The notes under the pieces are model-generated. The model searched no databases. It had not been told where the DNA came from and worked only from the letters and a program-made list of their open reading frames with translations. Shown here piece after piece: positions 55,018 through 64,000 of a stretch of DNA of 64,000 nucleotides. Origin of the DNA: Escherichia phage moskry; the sequence record MN850651.1. One strand, written 5' to 3'. Position numbers and translations under genes: made by a program. The number at the start of each line of letters is the position of its first letter. Position 1 is the stretch's first letter.

Positions 55018-56196
55018 TTAGAAATATTTTTTGTATGAATTGATTACATTTTGGTCTACATCATTATCAATTTGTGCGACAAGATAAGAACTGATTTCAA
55101 CTTCCTGAGGAGCTGCTTGAACTAAATCAGAGTTCAGATATTCACGAATCCAAGGATACGGATGCTTGGTCGGAGCATCAGTGATTGGGCATGGCAAACC
55201 ACACTGTTTCATACGAGACACAGTCAAGTAATCAACAAAAGCACACATACTCTGCGTATTGATACCTGGACATGTACCATCTTTAAAGAGGTGTGCAGCC
55301 CATTCCTTCTCTTGACTATTTACTTCCATAAAAATGTCAACTGCTTCTTGTTCACATTCTTTAGCAATTTGAACCCACTCATCACCGTCAGTACCAGATT
55401 GAAGTTGACGGATAATGTACTGAGTACCCTTGAGATGGAGTTGTTCGTCACGAGCAATGAACTTCATAATCTTTGCATTGCCTTCCATAATTTCCATATT
55501 TTTATGGAAGTTGAAAGTACATGCAAATGATACATAAAAACGAATAGCTTCTAAGGCGTTGATAACATGCAAACAGAGATAAAGAGACTTCATTAGGTCA
55601 TGTTTACATTCTTCCATGTGCATAAGACTATTTGAATACGCATCTAAATCATATTCATTTTCGGAAAAACATTTAAAAATTTCTTTAGCATTTTCCCATT
55701 CACGGGTTTTAATCAGAACGTCATCATAATAACGTCCAATGGATTCAGCTCGTTTCATAATAGCTTCATCTAATACAATTTCATCAAATACCTTCGATGG
55801 ATCGGTATAAAGATTTCGCATAATATGAGTATACGAACGAGAGTGAATAGTTTCACTGAATGTCCATGTTGCGACCCATGTATCTAATGAAGGGTCAGAA
55901 ATCAGTGCCATAAGTACCGCAGATGGGGCCCTGCCTTGGATAGAATCTAATAATGATTGATACTTAAGATTGTTTGTAAAGATGTCCTGTTGGAACTGAG
56001 GAAGCTTATTGAACTGTGCAGAGTCCAACATCAAGTTTACCTCTTCTGGGCGCCAGAAAAATGACAAGGATTTTTCTATAAGTTCTTCGAAAACTTTATG
56101 ACGCTGAATATCATACCGTGCGAGGCCAAGACCAGAACCAAAGAACATCGGTTCATTCAAAACATCGACTTGTTGCGTGTTAAAAACTGTACTCAT
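55018..56196 (-). CDS. nrdB: Ribonucleotide reductase small subunit
   Basis: 392 aa; class Ia R2 fold; uninterrupted (no intron). Confidence 0.95.
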   Translation of the reverse strand: MSTVFNTQQVDVLNEPMFFGSGLGLARYDIQRHKVFEELIEKSLSFFWRPEEVNLMLDSAQFNKLPQFQQDIFTNNLKYQSLLDSIQGRAPSAVLMALISDPSLDTWVATWTFSETIHSRSYTHIMRNLYTDPSKVFDEIVLDEAIMKRAESIGRYYDDVLIKTREWENAKEIFKCFSENEYDLDAYSNSLMHMEECKHDLMKSLYLCLHVINALEAIRFYVSFACTFNFHKNMEIMEGNAKIMKFIARDEQLHLKGTQYIIRQLQSGTDGDEWVQIAKECEQEAVDIFMEVNSQEKEWAAHLFKDGTCPGINTQSMCAFVDYLTVSRMKQCGLPCPITDAPTKHPYPWIREYLNSDLVQAAPQEVEISSYLVAQIDNDVDQNVINSYKKYF

Positions 56197-56251
56197 TATA
56201 TTTTCTCACTTAGTTATTAACTCATCCATGAGTAAATTATAATCAAAAGTC

Positions 56252-58507
56252 TTAAAGCTTACAAGCAGAACAATCTTCAGCTTTAGGTGTTTCTAATTCA
56301 TAGTCATCTGTACCTGACCCATCACGAGTGTTATGATAGTAGAGGTTTTTTCCGCCAAAGTACCAGAAGTAAAGCAGATCGTCAAGCATTACAGACATTG
56401 GCACTTTGCCTTTCTCAAAGACTGAAGGGTCGTAGTATGTATTAGCAGAAGCAGATTGGCACACCCATTTTAACATGATAACAACTTGTGTCAGATAAGG
56501 CTTATTACCTTTCTTAGCGAGTTTCCACGCATAGTCATAAAGACCCATGTTGTGTTCAATATTAGGAACTACTTGACGGAAATTACCTTCTTTAGATTCT
56601 TTAATACTTACTGGGCCACGAGGTGGTTCAATACCATTTGTGCTATTTGAGACCTGGCTGCTTGATTCGCATGGCATGAGAGCACTGAGTGTACTGTTAC
56701 GAATCCCGTGTTCTTTAAGTTCGGCTCGTAGTTCTTCCCAATCACATACATAGTTTGGGGCTGCGATTTGGTCAATTTTTTTATTGTACCAGTCGATAGG
56801 TAATTCGCCTCGAGACCATTTAGTGTCTGAATAATACTCGCAACGTCCTTTTTCTTTGGCGAGTTTGATTGATGCTTTGATAAGGCCATATTGCAATCTC
56901 TCAAACAATTCATGAGTCAAATCGTTAGCGTCTTCATATGAAGCGAAGTTAGAAGCTAACCATGCAGCATAGTTCGTAACACCAACACCAAGATTACGAC
57001 GCTTTTTGGCTTTTAAAGCTTCTGGAACCGGATAATCTTGATAGTCTAACAGGTTATCAAGTGCACGTACTTGTACTTCGGCAAGTTCATTAATTTTATC
57101 TTGGTCTTGCCAATCAAATTTATCTAACACGAATGCAGATAATGTGCATAAACCAATTTCAGCATCAGGACCATTCACATCATTAGTTGGAATAGCGATT
57201 TCACAACATAAGTTACTCTGACGAATTGGAGCTTTTTCACGAATAAACGGAGTGTAGTTATTCGTGTTATCAACAAACTGTGGATAAATTCGAGCAGTAC
57301 CAGAGCGTTCAGTCATGAACAATTCAAAGAGTTCTAGTGCTTTGATTCTTTTCTTTCTGATTGTTGGGTCTTTTTCAGCTTTCTCATAAAGCTCACGGAA
57401 TTTATCTTGATCTTCAAAGAACGAGTAATATAGTTCGCCTGACATTTCGTGAGGGCTAAATAAAGTAATATAATCATTTTTGCCAAGGCGTTCCATCATA
57501 AGGTCATTAATCTGAATTCCGTAGTCCATATGACGAATACGGTTTTCATCCACACCTTTGTTATTTTTCAGAACTAATAGGTTCTCTACTTCTAAGTGCC
57601 ACATCGGATAATACGCTGTAGCAGCACCACCACGAATACCACCTTGAGAACAAGATTTTACTGCAGTTTGGAAATGTTTCCAGAATGGAATAACACCCGT
57701 ATGTCGAACTTCACCCATACCGATCTTAGAACCTTCTGCACGAAGCATACCAACGTTGATACCAATACCAGCTCGTTTAGAAATATATTCAATAATCGAT
57801 GCTGAAGTTTTGTTAATAGATTTTAACGAATCACCGGCTTCAATAACTACACAACTAGAGAACTGGCGAGTTGGAGTACGAGCACCTGCCATAATTGGGG
57901 TTGGCAATGAAACTTGATGAGTAGAAACGGCATCATAAAAACGAATAATATGTTTCAAACGGTCATGAGTTTCGTTTTGGTGTAAGGCCATGCCAATAGC
58001 CATGATAGCAAACTGGGGAGTTTCATAAATCTTCCCAGTTGTTTTATCTTTAACTAGATATTTTTCTTTAAGCTGCATAGCACCAGCATAAGTCAGGTCA
58101 AAGTCTCGTTCATGTTTAATCTGTGAATCGAGATAAATGATTTCTTCTGCTGAATATTGAGACAACAGCTCAGGGTCATATTTGCCTTCATTAACACAAT
58201 AAGAAATATGGTCGATAAAAGCAGGCGGTTCAAACTGCCCATATACATCTTTACGAAGTGCAAACATTAGCCCTTTGGCGGCGACATACTGATAATCAGG
58301 TTCTTCGACAGAAATCGAGTTAGCTGCAACTTTAATACAAATCTTCTGGATATCTTTGGTGCTCATCCCGTCGACAAGATGGGTCTTAATTTCTTCGTAC
58401 AATTCATATGGGTCAATTTGTGTTCCTTCACATTGCCAGGTCAGAACTTGGATAATTTTCTGTGCATCAAAATTTTGGGATACGCCACTGCTCTTAGTTA
58501 CTTGCAT
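56252..58507 (-). CDS. nrdA: Ribonucleotide reductase large subunit
   Basis: 751 aa; class Ia R1; C-terminal CSACKL-type tail. Confidence 0.95.
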   Translation of the reverse strand: MQVTKSSGVSQNFDAQKIIQVLTWQCEGTQIDPYELYEEIKTHLVDGMSTKDIQKICIKVAANSISVEEPDYQYVAAKGLMFALRKDVYGQFEPPAFIDHISYCVNEGKYDPELLSQYSAEEIIYLDSQIKHERDFDLTYAGAMQLKEKYLVKDKTTGKIYETPQFAIMAIGMALHQNETHDRLKHIIRFYDAVSTHQVSLPTPIMAGARTPTRQFSSCVVIEAGDSLKSINKTSASIIEYISKRAGIGINVGMLRAEGSKIGMGEVRHTGVIPFWKHFQTAVKSCSQGGIRGGAATAYYPMWHLEVENLLVLKNNKGVDENRIRHMDYGIQINDLMMERLGKNDYITLFSPHEMSGELYYSFFEDQDKFRELYEKAEKDPTIRKKRIKALELFELFMTERSGTARIYPQFVDNTNNYTPFIREKAPIRQSNLCCEIAIPTNDVNGPDAEIGLCTLSAFVLDKFDWQDQDKINELAEVQVRALDNLLDYQDYPVPEALKAKKRRNLGVGVTNYAAWLASNFASYEDANDLTHELFERLQYGLIKASIKLAKEKGRCEYYSDTKWSRGELPIDWYNKKIDQIAAPNYVCDWEELRAELKEHGIRNSTLSALMPCESSSQVSNSTNGIEPPRGPVSIKESKEGNFRQVVPNIEHNMGLYDYAWKLAKKGNKPYLTQVVIMLKWVCQSASANTYYDPSVFEKGKVPMSVMLDDLLYFWYFGGKNLYYHNTRDGSGTDDYELETPKAEDCSACKL

Positions 58508-58803
58508 ATGTCCTCTATATTAAATTCGTCTTTAAAAAGTTTATTAACCACTAGAGCTATTATATCACCATGACAGGCTTTTGGTTTACATGTGCATCCC
58601 AGACGCATACCACGTAAAGGTTCTAGATGAGCTTTTGTGATTTCTCCACACTTAATTCTCTTAATAAAATCCTTTTTGAAAAGCTCAATAGCTTCTTCTC
58701 GGGAAGAGGCATCCTTGCCTACATAATTTCCCCAGAATGTGCCACGATGAATATTAACATCAAAATCGGATTTATATTTATTCACAACGCGGCACATTTT
58801 CAT
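58498..58803 (-). CDS. Hypothetical Cys-rich protein (nrdA.x-like position)
   Basis: 101 aa with GCTCKPKACHGD; overlaps the nrdA start. Confidence 0.45.
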   Translation of the reverse strand: MKMCRVVNKYKSDFDVNIHRGTFWGNYVGKDASSREEAIELFKKDFIKRIKCGEITKAHLEPLRGMRLGCTCKPKACHGDIIALVVNKLFKDEFNIEDICK

Positions 58804-59057
58804 TACATGTCCTCTGCAATAATTTCTTCGTATTCTTTAGGAGTCAAGACCGTGATATTAAAATAAACCAACGGTTCTTTTTCTATACCGAATCCACCAC
58901 AGAATTCACGATATTCATAAATTCGTTCATGTGAATAACAAATGAATCGTTCACCTTTAACTGTGATTTCACTATTTGGTGAAGGGATATCCAGTTCACT
59001 TGGATTTTTCATTTCAAAAATTGTGGTGCCATATGAATTAATAAAACGTAAAATCAT
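58803..59057 (-). CDS. Hypothetical protein (nrdA.x-like position)
   Basis: 84-aa ORF between td and nrdA. Confidence 0.45.
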   Translation of the reverse strand: MILRFINSYGTTIFEMKNPSELDIPSPNSEITVKGERFICYSHERIYEYREFCGGFGIEKEPLVYFNITVLTPKEYEEIIAEDM

Positions 59058-59058
59058 T

Positions 59059-59919
59059 TTATACCGCCATTTTAGCTTTGATAGCTGGATGAGATTCGTA
59101 ATTTTTAAGAACGAAATCAGAATGTGTCATCGTTCCAGTAACCCAGTCCATTTGGATTTTTGTAGGCCAATTCTCAAAATTACTAGGCCAATTAATTTCA
59201 AGAGAACATAACTCTTTAGGTTCACGACGAAGAACTTCTTTGCATTGTTCTACATGATTGCTGTAGATATGCGTGTTGCCGCCTGAGAACACTAAATCAC
59301 CTGGGATAAGGTTACACATCTTCGCTACAATATGCGTCAAGGCAGCGTACGAGGCAATGTTGAACGGCAGGCCCAAGAAAACATCTACACTGCGTTGATA
59401 CCATTGTAAATCAAGATGCCCATTACGCACATTAAATTGATAGAACATATGACAAGGAGGAAGAGCCATTTGGTCAATTTCGGCAGGGTTCCATGCAGAA
59501 ACTATTTGACGACGATCATTAGGAAGAGCTTTAATACGGTCGATAGTTTTGACCAATTGGTCTACACCACCAAAATCACGCCATTGCTTACCATAAATAG
59601 GACCAAGTTCGCCGCTATGATATCCAAGGTCTTTTGCCTGATTTTCATAGTTGTCGTCCCAAATAGTTTTACCTTGAATAAGACTACCATGAGTACGAAT
59701 ACGCAAATCATTAACATTGGTAGAACCAGACATGAACCACAGTAACTCGGCAATACAAGCTTTCCATGCAAGCTTCTTGGTTGTTACTGCAGGAAATCCT
59801 TTAGTAAGGTCCCAACGCAATTTAGTTCCGAATAGAGCAATTGTTCCTGTGCCTGTTCGGTCGTCTGTTTCGTAGCCATTTTCTAAGATATCTTTAATCA
59901 GGTATTGGTATTGTTTCAT
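59059..59919 (-). CDS. td: Thymidylate synthase
   Basis: 286 aa as in T4 TS; catalytic region ALPPCH; uninterrupted (no intron). Confidence 0.95.
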   Translation of the reverse strand: MKQYQYLIKDILENGYETDDRTGTGTIALFGTKLRWDLTKGFPAVTTKKLAWKACIAELLWFMSGSTNVNDLRIRTHGSLIQGKTIWDDNYENQAKDLGYHSGELGPIYGKQWRDFGGVDQLVKTIDRIKALPNDRRQIVSAWNPAEIDQMALPPCHMFYQFNVRNGHLDLQWYQRSVDVFLGLPFNIASYAALTHIVAKMCNLIPGDLVFSGGNTHIYSNHVEQCKEVLRREPKELCSLEINWPSNFENWPTKIQMDWVTGTMTHSDFVLKNYESHPAIKAKMAV

Positions 59920-60503
59920 TTATAAACGCTCTCAGTAATTTCGGTGAGTTCATCGATTCTGTAGTAATGAGATTCTACCATAGAACGTTGAAGCATAATA
60001 TCTTGGATGAAATCTTTATCAAGTTGAACGTCTGAATTAACACGAGATTTCTTAATGATTTTAGTCATCACGATTTCATCGGCATAAGGCAGTGCTTGTT
60101 TCAACAGAGCTGGACCGCCAATAACCGAGACATCAACATGTTCAGTAGAAAGTTTAAACGGTACGTCAGTTGCAGGGCTAAACAGGTTAATTTCACCACC
60201 TGTTACCAAGGTAATAAATTCAGATTGGGTGATATAGAACCGTGCAAGTTCATCAGTTTTAGTCCTAGGCAGTTTTCTGGCCATATCAGTGACAACCACA
60301 TGAGTACGATCTGGGAGTAGACGAGGTAATGATGCAAAAGTCTTAGCACCCATAACCATTACAGTGTTTTTAGTGCGAGCAACAAAGTTACTCATATCTT
60401 GTTTGATATGCTTCCATGGAAGTCCATCACCTAATCCAAAAGCATATTCCAGTTTATCATCAACTGTTTTAGACGGTGCGCATGCGAATACTAATTTAAG
60501 CAT
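59916..60503 (-). CDS. frd: Dihydrofolate reductase
   Basis: 195 aa; GLGDGLPW and VIGGPALL motifs; overlaps the td start. Confidence 0.9.
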   Translation of the reverse strand: MLKLVFACAPSKTVDDKLEYAFGLGDGLPWKHIKQDMSNFVARTKNTVMVMGAKTFASLPRLLPDRTHVVVTDMARKLPRTKTDELARFYITQSEFITLVTGGEINLFSPATDVPFKLSTEHVDVSVIGGPALLKQALPYADEIVMTKIIKKSRVNSDVQLDKDFIQDIMLQRSMVESHYYRIDELTEITESVYK

Positions 60504-60505
60504 TT

Positions 60506-60754
60506 TTATTTCCTCAGATTTTTCTTAACAACTTTCCAATCAGCTTTAAATGATTCAACATCAGAGTGGTGAATCCAGAATCCTGCGCTTTCACCATCTT
60601 CGTAGAGTGGACATCCATCACATTCTTCGTTCCAACCCATTTCACGTAAAGCTTCTTCAGCTTGTTCAAGGAGTTCAGCGTCTTTACCGACGATGTTGAA
60701 GTACCATTTACCTCTAACTTCTGAATCTTTGATGCTCTGGCGTTGCAATCTCAT
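60506..60754 (-). CDS. Hypothetical protein (frd.1-like position)
   Basis: 82 aa; RBS GAGGAG; early promoter at 60789-60818. Confidence 0.45.
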   Translation of the reverse strand: MRLQRQSIKDSEVRGKWYFNIVGKDAELLEQAEEALREMGWNEECDGCPLYEDGESAGFWIHHSDVESFKADWKVVKKNLRK

Positions 60755-60788
60755 TTTATTCTCCTCTTCACTTTTATTTTATAGGGCT

Positions 60789-60818
60789 ACTATAACATAG
60801 CCCTATCTTGTTATAAAC
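60789..60818 (-). promoter_or_regulatory. Early promoter for the frd.1-like ORF
   Basis: GTTTAT-N18-TATAGT; 9-bp inverted repeat flanks the -10. Confidence 0.45.
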
Positions 60819-61210
60819 TACTTTTTAAAAGTTTTTTGCAAAAGTTTGATGATTTCGTCGACGTTAGTTTCATCCACGATACAATGGATTTTTGTTACAC
60901 CTAAAGTTATACCTTCGTTAGTAGGTTGAGGCTTTACTAAATCTACCTCAGTAAAGTATTTGAACTCGTCAGGATAAATCTCAAAATAAGTTTCAATTTC
61001 ACCACCGGCAGAACATACAGTACCATCTTCCATAGTTACACTTACTACGTTTGACGTATCGCTATCATAATCAGGTTCCATTCCGTTTACAACAAAACTA
61101 GGCCCGTGGAGTTCAATCAATTTTAACATCTTAGCGTTATTGTGTGGTGCTTCTTGAACAAAGTCGTCTTTAAATAAAGGGTTAATGATATAAGATTTTC
61201 CGATTTCCAT
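60818..61210 (-). CDS. Hypothetical protein (frd.2-like position)
   Basis: Start moved to MEIGKSY with RBS GAGGAA just after the upstream stop; ORF-track extension overlaps the upstream gene. Confidence 0.45.
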   Translation of the reverse strand: MEIGKSYIINPLFKDDFVQEAPHNNAKMLKLIELHGPSFVVNGMEPDYDSDTSNVVSVTMEDGTVCSAGGEIETYFEIYPDEFKYFTEVDLVKPQPTNEGITLGVTKIHCIVDETNVDEIIKLLQKTFKK

Positions 61211-61220
61211 TTTGATTTCC

Positions 61221-61472
61221 TCATTTGTTGATGTGTTGTAATAAAGATTCTGCAAACGTCTCATATGATTCCAGGTGTTCTTCTTTAATGCGAACTGCAT
61301 GATTATCACCCGAAGAATAGAACATCTGTACGATAAGAGCTTCGTAATCAGACGAAATACATGCTACGTTTTCCGACTTCAGGCATTCATTGTATGTCGC
61401 AACTGGGTCAGTGAAAGCTGCAACGTTTTTGCTACCGCAGTAATCCATACTTCTTTGAATAATAAAAATCAT
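61221..61472 (-). CDS. Hypothetical protein (frd.3-like position)
   Basis: 83 aa; RBS GAGAGG; early promoter at 61503-61531. Confidence 0.45.
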   Translation of the reverse strand: MIFIIQRSMDYCGSKNVAAFTDPVATYNECLKSENVACISSDYEALIVQMFYSSGDNHAVRIKEEHLESYETFAESLLQHINK

Positions 61473-61502
61473 TTTATTTTCCTCTCATTTGTCGATAAGT
61501 CT

Positions 61503-61531
61503 ATAGTATCATGTTTAAAGGAAAAGTAAAC
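61503..61531 (-). promoter_or_regulatory. Early promoter for ORF 61221-61472
   Basis: GTTTAC-N17-TACTAT; 19-nt core identical to the promoter at 23273-23291. Confidence 0.55.
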
Positions 61532-61556
61532 AACTTTTTCGGCAATTTACAGATAC

Positions 61557-61580
61557 TCAAAAGGGAGACCGAAGTCTCCC
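61557..61580 (-). terminator. Terminator after gene 32
   Basis: Same 18-nt hairpin followed by UUUUGAG on the - strand. Confidence 0.65.
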
Positions 61581-61586
61581 AATTTA

Positions 61587-62486
61587 TTATAGACCAGCTA
61601 ACAGGTCATCGAGGTCGCCATCGTCAGAAGACGAGGAACTCATGAAGTCATCTTCAGTTTTTGCAGAACCAAAGGCTTCCATGTCTTTATCAAAATCATC
61701 AAGGTCAGAAGCAACTTTATCTGCAACAGAAGCTGCTGCGGCTGCTGCACCACCAAGAGCGGCAGTACCAAGAACTTGATTAAATTTAGTATTCAATTCT
61801 TCAAACGATTTGAACTTATCTTTAGAAGTCATTTCAGAAAGGTCGACCATTTGTTCGAACAATTCTTTTTGGAAAGATTCATCATCAATGTTTGGAATCG
61901 CAGATTGATTCAGGAATTTAGATTCATCGTAGTTACTGAAACCAGAAACCTGTTTAACTTTCAGCACAAAGTTAGCACCTTCCCATGGGCAAGTTACATC
62001 AACAGGAGTTTCACCCATTTCAGTATCGACTGCAATCATTGCATTGATTTTGTCCCAAATCTTTTTACCGAAACGATATTTGAATACTTTACCTTCATTA
62101 TCTGGAGCTTGTGGGTCTTTAACAACCAGAATATTAGCCCAATAAGAAGTTTTACGTTTCAGTTGAGAATATTCAGTTTTGTTGGTATTGTACAGGTCAT
62201 TTTTACTAATGTACTGACATACAGGACAAGAGTCATAATCGCCGTGTGTAGATGAACAGGTTTCAATATACCATTTACCATTTTTCTTGAACCCGTGGTT
62301 AACAAGAATTGTAAACGGAAGTGCGTCATCTGTTTTTGCCGGCAGGAAACGAATTACCGCTTGACCATTACCGGATGCATCGAGTTTCAGCTTCCATTCA
62401 CCTTTATCTTCTGAAGAGAAACCTTTGTTACCATTCAGTTTAGCCATCTGAGCTGCGAGGTCTGCGGTACTTTTACGTTTAAACAT
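61587..62486 (-). CDS. 32: Single-stranded DNA-binding protein gp32
   Basis: 299 aa; near-identical to T4 gp32; autoregulatory leader upstream. Confidence 0.97.
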   Translation of the reverse strand: MFKRKSTADLAAQMAKLNGNKGFSSEDKGEWKLKLDASGNGQAVIRFLPAKTDDALPFTILVNHGFKKNGKWYIETCSSTHGDYDSCPVCQYISKNDLYNTNKTEYSQLKRKTSYWANILVVKDPQAPDNEGKVFKYRFGKKIWDKINAMIAVDTEMGETPVDVTCPWEGANFVLKVKQVSGFSNYDESKFLNQSAIPNIDDESFQKELFEQMVDLSEMTSKDKFKSFEELNTKFNQVLGTAALGGAAAAAASVADKVASDLDDFDKDMEAFGSAKTEDDFMSSSSSDDGDLDDLLAGL

Positions 62487-62565
62487 TTTATTTGCCTTTA
62501 TTTAGATTATTAATTAAATTTTACAGTTGGTTGCTACGACACTTATACCTCGTAGCTGGTATGTT
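62487..62565 (-). promoter_or_regulatory. Gene 32 autoregulatory translational operator (hairpin/pseudoknot plus A/U-rich unstructured tract)
   Basis: Leader has stem GCUACGA/UCGUAGC followed by AAAAUUUAAUUAAUAAUCUAAAUAAAGGCAAAUAAA-AUG, the layout known for the T4 gene 32 operator. Confidence 0.6.
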
Positions 62566-62566
62566 T

Positions 62567-62574
62567 TATTTATA
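62567..62574 (-). promoter_or_regulatory. Late promoter TATAAATA for gene 32
   Basis: Reverse-strand exact match upstream of the gene 32 leader. Confidence 0.6.
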
Positions 62575-62603
62575 TGGTAATTCTAACACAGATAAAATAA
62601 AGC

Positions 62604-63257
62604 TTAATACTTACATGATTTTATTGTTTCTATGAACAATTTCTTAGCAGCATTTACATCGATTTGAAGTATTTTTCGATATGCCTTTAATTTGGTAGAA
62701 TAATTTTGCCAGACTAAATTGTCAGTGAGTTCGTCGTGCTTATCTATAATATTCAAAAATGAGTCCAACAATAAGAAAGTCTCAAATGAAATTATATTGC
62801 TTTGTAGCAATTTGAATATGTAGCTCGACTGAACGTTGTTATTATAATCAAATATCTCTTGAAGCGCACTAACTTCAACTTTCTTACTGAAATAGTAGAT
62901 GTTACGTACGTCTTCAGCAAACGTCTCTTTAGCTTGTTTGAGACGTCCAATATATTCCCTATAGAAAACTAATGCATCAGCGTCTGATATCTCACCAATC
63001 CATGCGTCTTGGTTAGCAACTAAGTTGCTTATGAATATCAAGGTGAGTTCCTTCAATTTATATTTCTCTGCTAGTTTTTCAAAGAAATATTTATCTCGGC
63101 GTTTTTGATACGCATTATCCGAAACACGCATGCACCAGTTATATTTGATTACGTCATACCGACCATTAAAATGTTGTTTGCACATCAAGTATAGTTTGTA
63201 TACCGATTTTCCGTTAATATAACGTTCTCCATCAGGAGGCATGCGTATTTTAATCAT
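62604..63257 (-). CDS. 59: Helicase loader gp59
   Basis: 217 aa as in T4; near-identical N-terminus. Confidence 0.9.
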   Translation of the reverse strand: MIKIRMPPDGERYINGKSVYKLYLMCKQHFNGRYDVIKYNWCMRVSDNAYQKRRDKYFFEKLAEKYKLKELTLIFISNLVANQDAWIGEISDADALVFYREYIGRLKQAKETFAEDVRNIYYFSKKVEVSALQEIFDYNNNVQSSYIFKLLQSNIISFETFLLLDSFLNIIDKHDELTDNLVWQNYSTKLKAYRKILQIDVNAAKKLFIETIKSCKY

Positions 63258-63592
63258 AATAAGAAATCTAACGTATTAGTTTTTTCACCACGAGCAACTG
63301 ACGGGCGAAGCATGTTTTCGTCAATTGCTTCGCTTGTAATTTTTTCAACAATTCCTGTAGGAATAAATTTAGCAAATTGTGTTTCTGGAATAGAATTTTC
63401 TTCCAAGAAAGCAGTTGTTGCTTCTAAATAAGACATACCAAATTGTTCAACCATAGATTCGATAATGAATCCGTTTTCTTGACGGTCAAGCAATTTAGCG
63501 ATATCATCTTTATCATGTTTTACTGCTAATTCTTGTTCAGATAAACCGGCCTCATCAACCGGTTTAATATCACTTAGTGAAAACTGTGTCAT
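63254..63592 (-). CDS. 33: Late transcription co-activator gp33
   Basis: 112 aa as in T4; acidic; position between dsbA and 59. Confidence 0.7.
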   Translation of the reverse strand: MTQFSLSDIKPVDEAGLSEQELAVKHDKDDIAKLLDRQENGFIIESMVEQFGMSYLEATTAFLEENSIPETQFAKFIPTGIVEKITSEAIDENMLRPSVARGEKTNTLDFLL

Positions 63593-63839
63593 AAAGCTCG
63601 ACTACCTCTTCATTTTCAGCTTCAAATTGGTCACGAGCGTCTTTATGATAAAGAGCTAACAAACGATTAAACATTTTTCCATCAACGCCAAGCTCTTCTT
63701 TAGCACGAGTACGAATGTCTTTAATCAGTTCATTATAACCAGAAATTTTAAGTTTGTTATCGGAAGCTTCCTTGACTAGTTTAGCCAGTTCTTCACCATG
63801 CACATCTTGATTAAATTCAACTGCTTCTTTCTTAGCCAT
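63570..63839 (-). CDS. dsbA: Double-stranded DNA-binding protein DsbA
   Basis: Start moved to MAKKEAVEF (89 aa as in T4) with RBS GAGGT; matches T4 DsbA. Confidence 0.75.
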   Translation of the reverse strand: MAKKEAVEFNQDVHGEELAKLVKEASDNKLKISGYNELIKDIRTRAKEELGVDGKMFNRLLALYHKDARDQFEAENEEVVELYDTVFTK

Positions 63840-63846
63840 GTTTACC

Positions 63847-64000
63847 TCAGAATTCATTAATTACACTTGTTAATTTAGAAAGACCAGATTTTACAAAGTA
63901 TGAATAAATCTTGCCTTTAGGTTGTTGTTTATATGAGTTATAATACTCTATAATGGTTGAAGCAATATTATCAGGGATATAATCAAAATCAATGAGAACC
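63847..64000 (-). CDS. rnh: RNase H, 3' end only (5' end lies beyond the window)
   Basis: Open - strand frame from the window edge ending ...YSYFVKSGLSKLTSVINEF*; T4 order rnh-dsbA-33-59-32. Confidence 0.5.
   Translation of the reverse strand, partial: VLIDFDYIPDNIASTIIEYYNSYKQQPKGKIYSYFVKSGLSKLTSVINEF

Noticed and set aside
56197-56251. Possible middle promoter for nrdB (GCTTTA-N11-TATAAT)
   Set aside because: The MotA box lacks the conserved T of TGCTT; -10 is good but the activator site is imperfect, so not called as a feature

Overview
This window is a ~64-kb slice of a T4-like myovirus genome (Tevenvirinae), assigned by reading the translated ORFs against remembered T4 protein sequences and gene order; no database search was run. 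From 1 to 24.6 kb the + strand carries the late morphogenesis module: baseplate wedge gp7 (3' part), 8, 9, 10, 11, short tail fibre 12, fibritin wac, neck 13/14, 15, terminase 16/17, sheath 18, tube 19, portal 20, prohead core 67/68/21/22, major capsid 23 and vertex 24. A mixed region follows: rnlB, hoc and inh on the - strand, uvsW on +, uvsY/25/26 on -, and baseplate hub 51-27-28-29-48-54 on +. From 38.6 kb to the end the - strand carries early/middle genes: alt, DNA ligase 30, a 30.x island of small ORFs, rIII, 31, cd, a DAHP synthase, pseT, spanins, alc, rnlA, denA, nrdB, nrdA, td, frd, 32, 59, 33, dsbA and the 3' end of rnh. Regulatory signals readable in the sequence are T4-type late promoters (TATAAATA), early sigma70-type promoters (GTTTAC-N17/18-TAnnnT), MotA-box middle promoters, UUCG-tetraloop hairpin terminators and the gene 32 translational operator. 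The most unusual content is a complete, apparently catalytically intact DAHP synthase between cd and pseT. Also notable are a Hoc protein with a tandemly duplicated Ig-like domain, a Seg-like GIY-YIG homing endonuclease between genes 13 and 14, a NADAR-like protein in the 30.x island, and an antisense early ORF at the T4 segD position. No tRNA, CRISPR array, integrase or intron was found.
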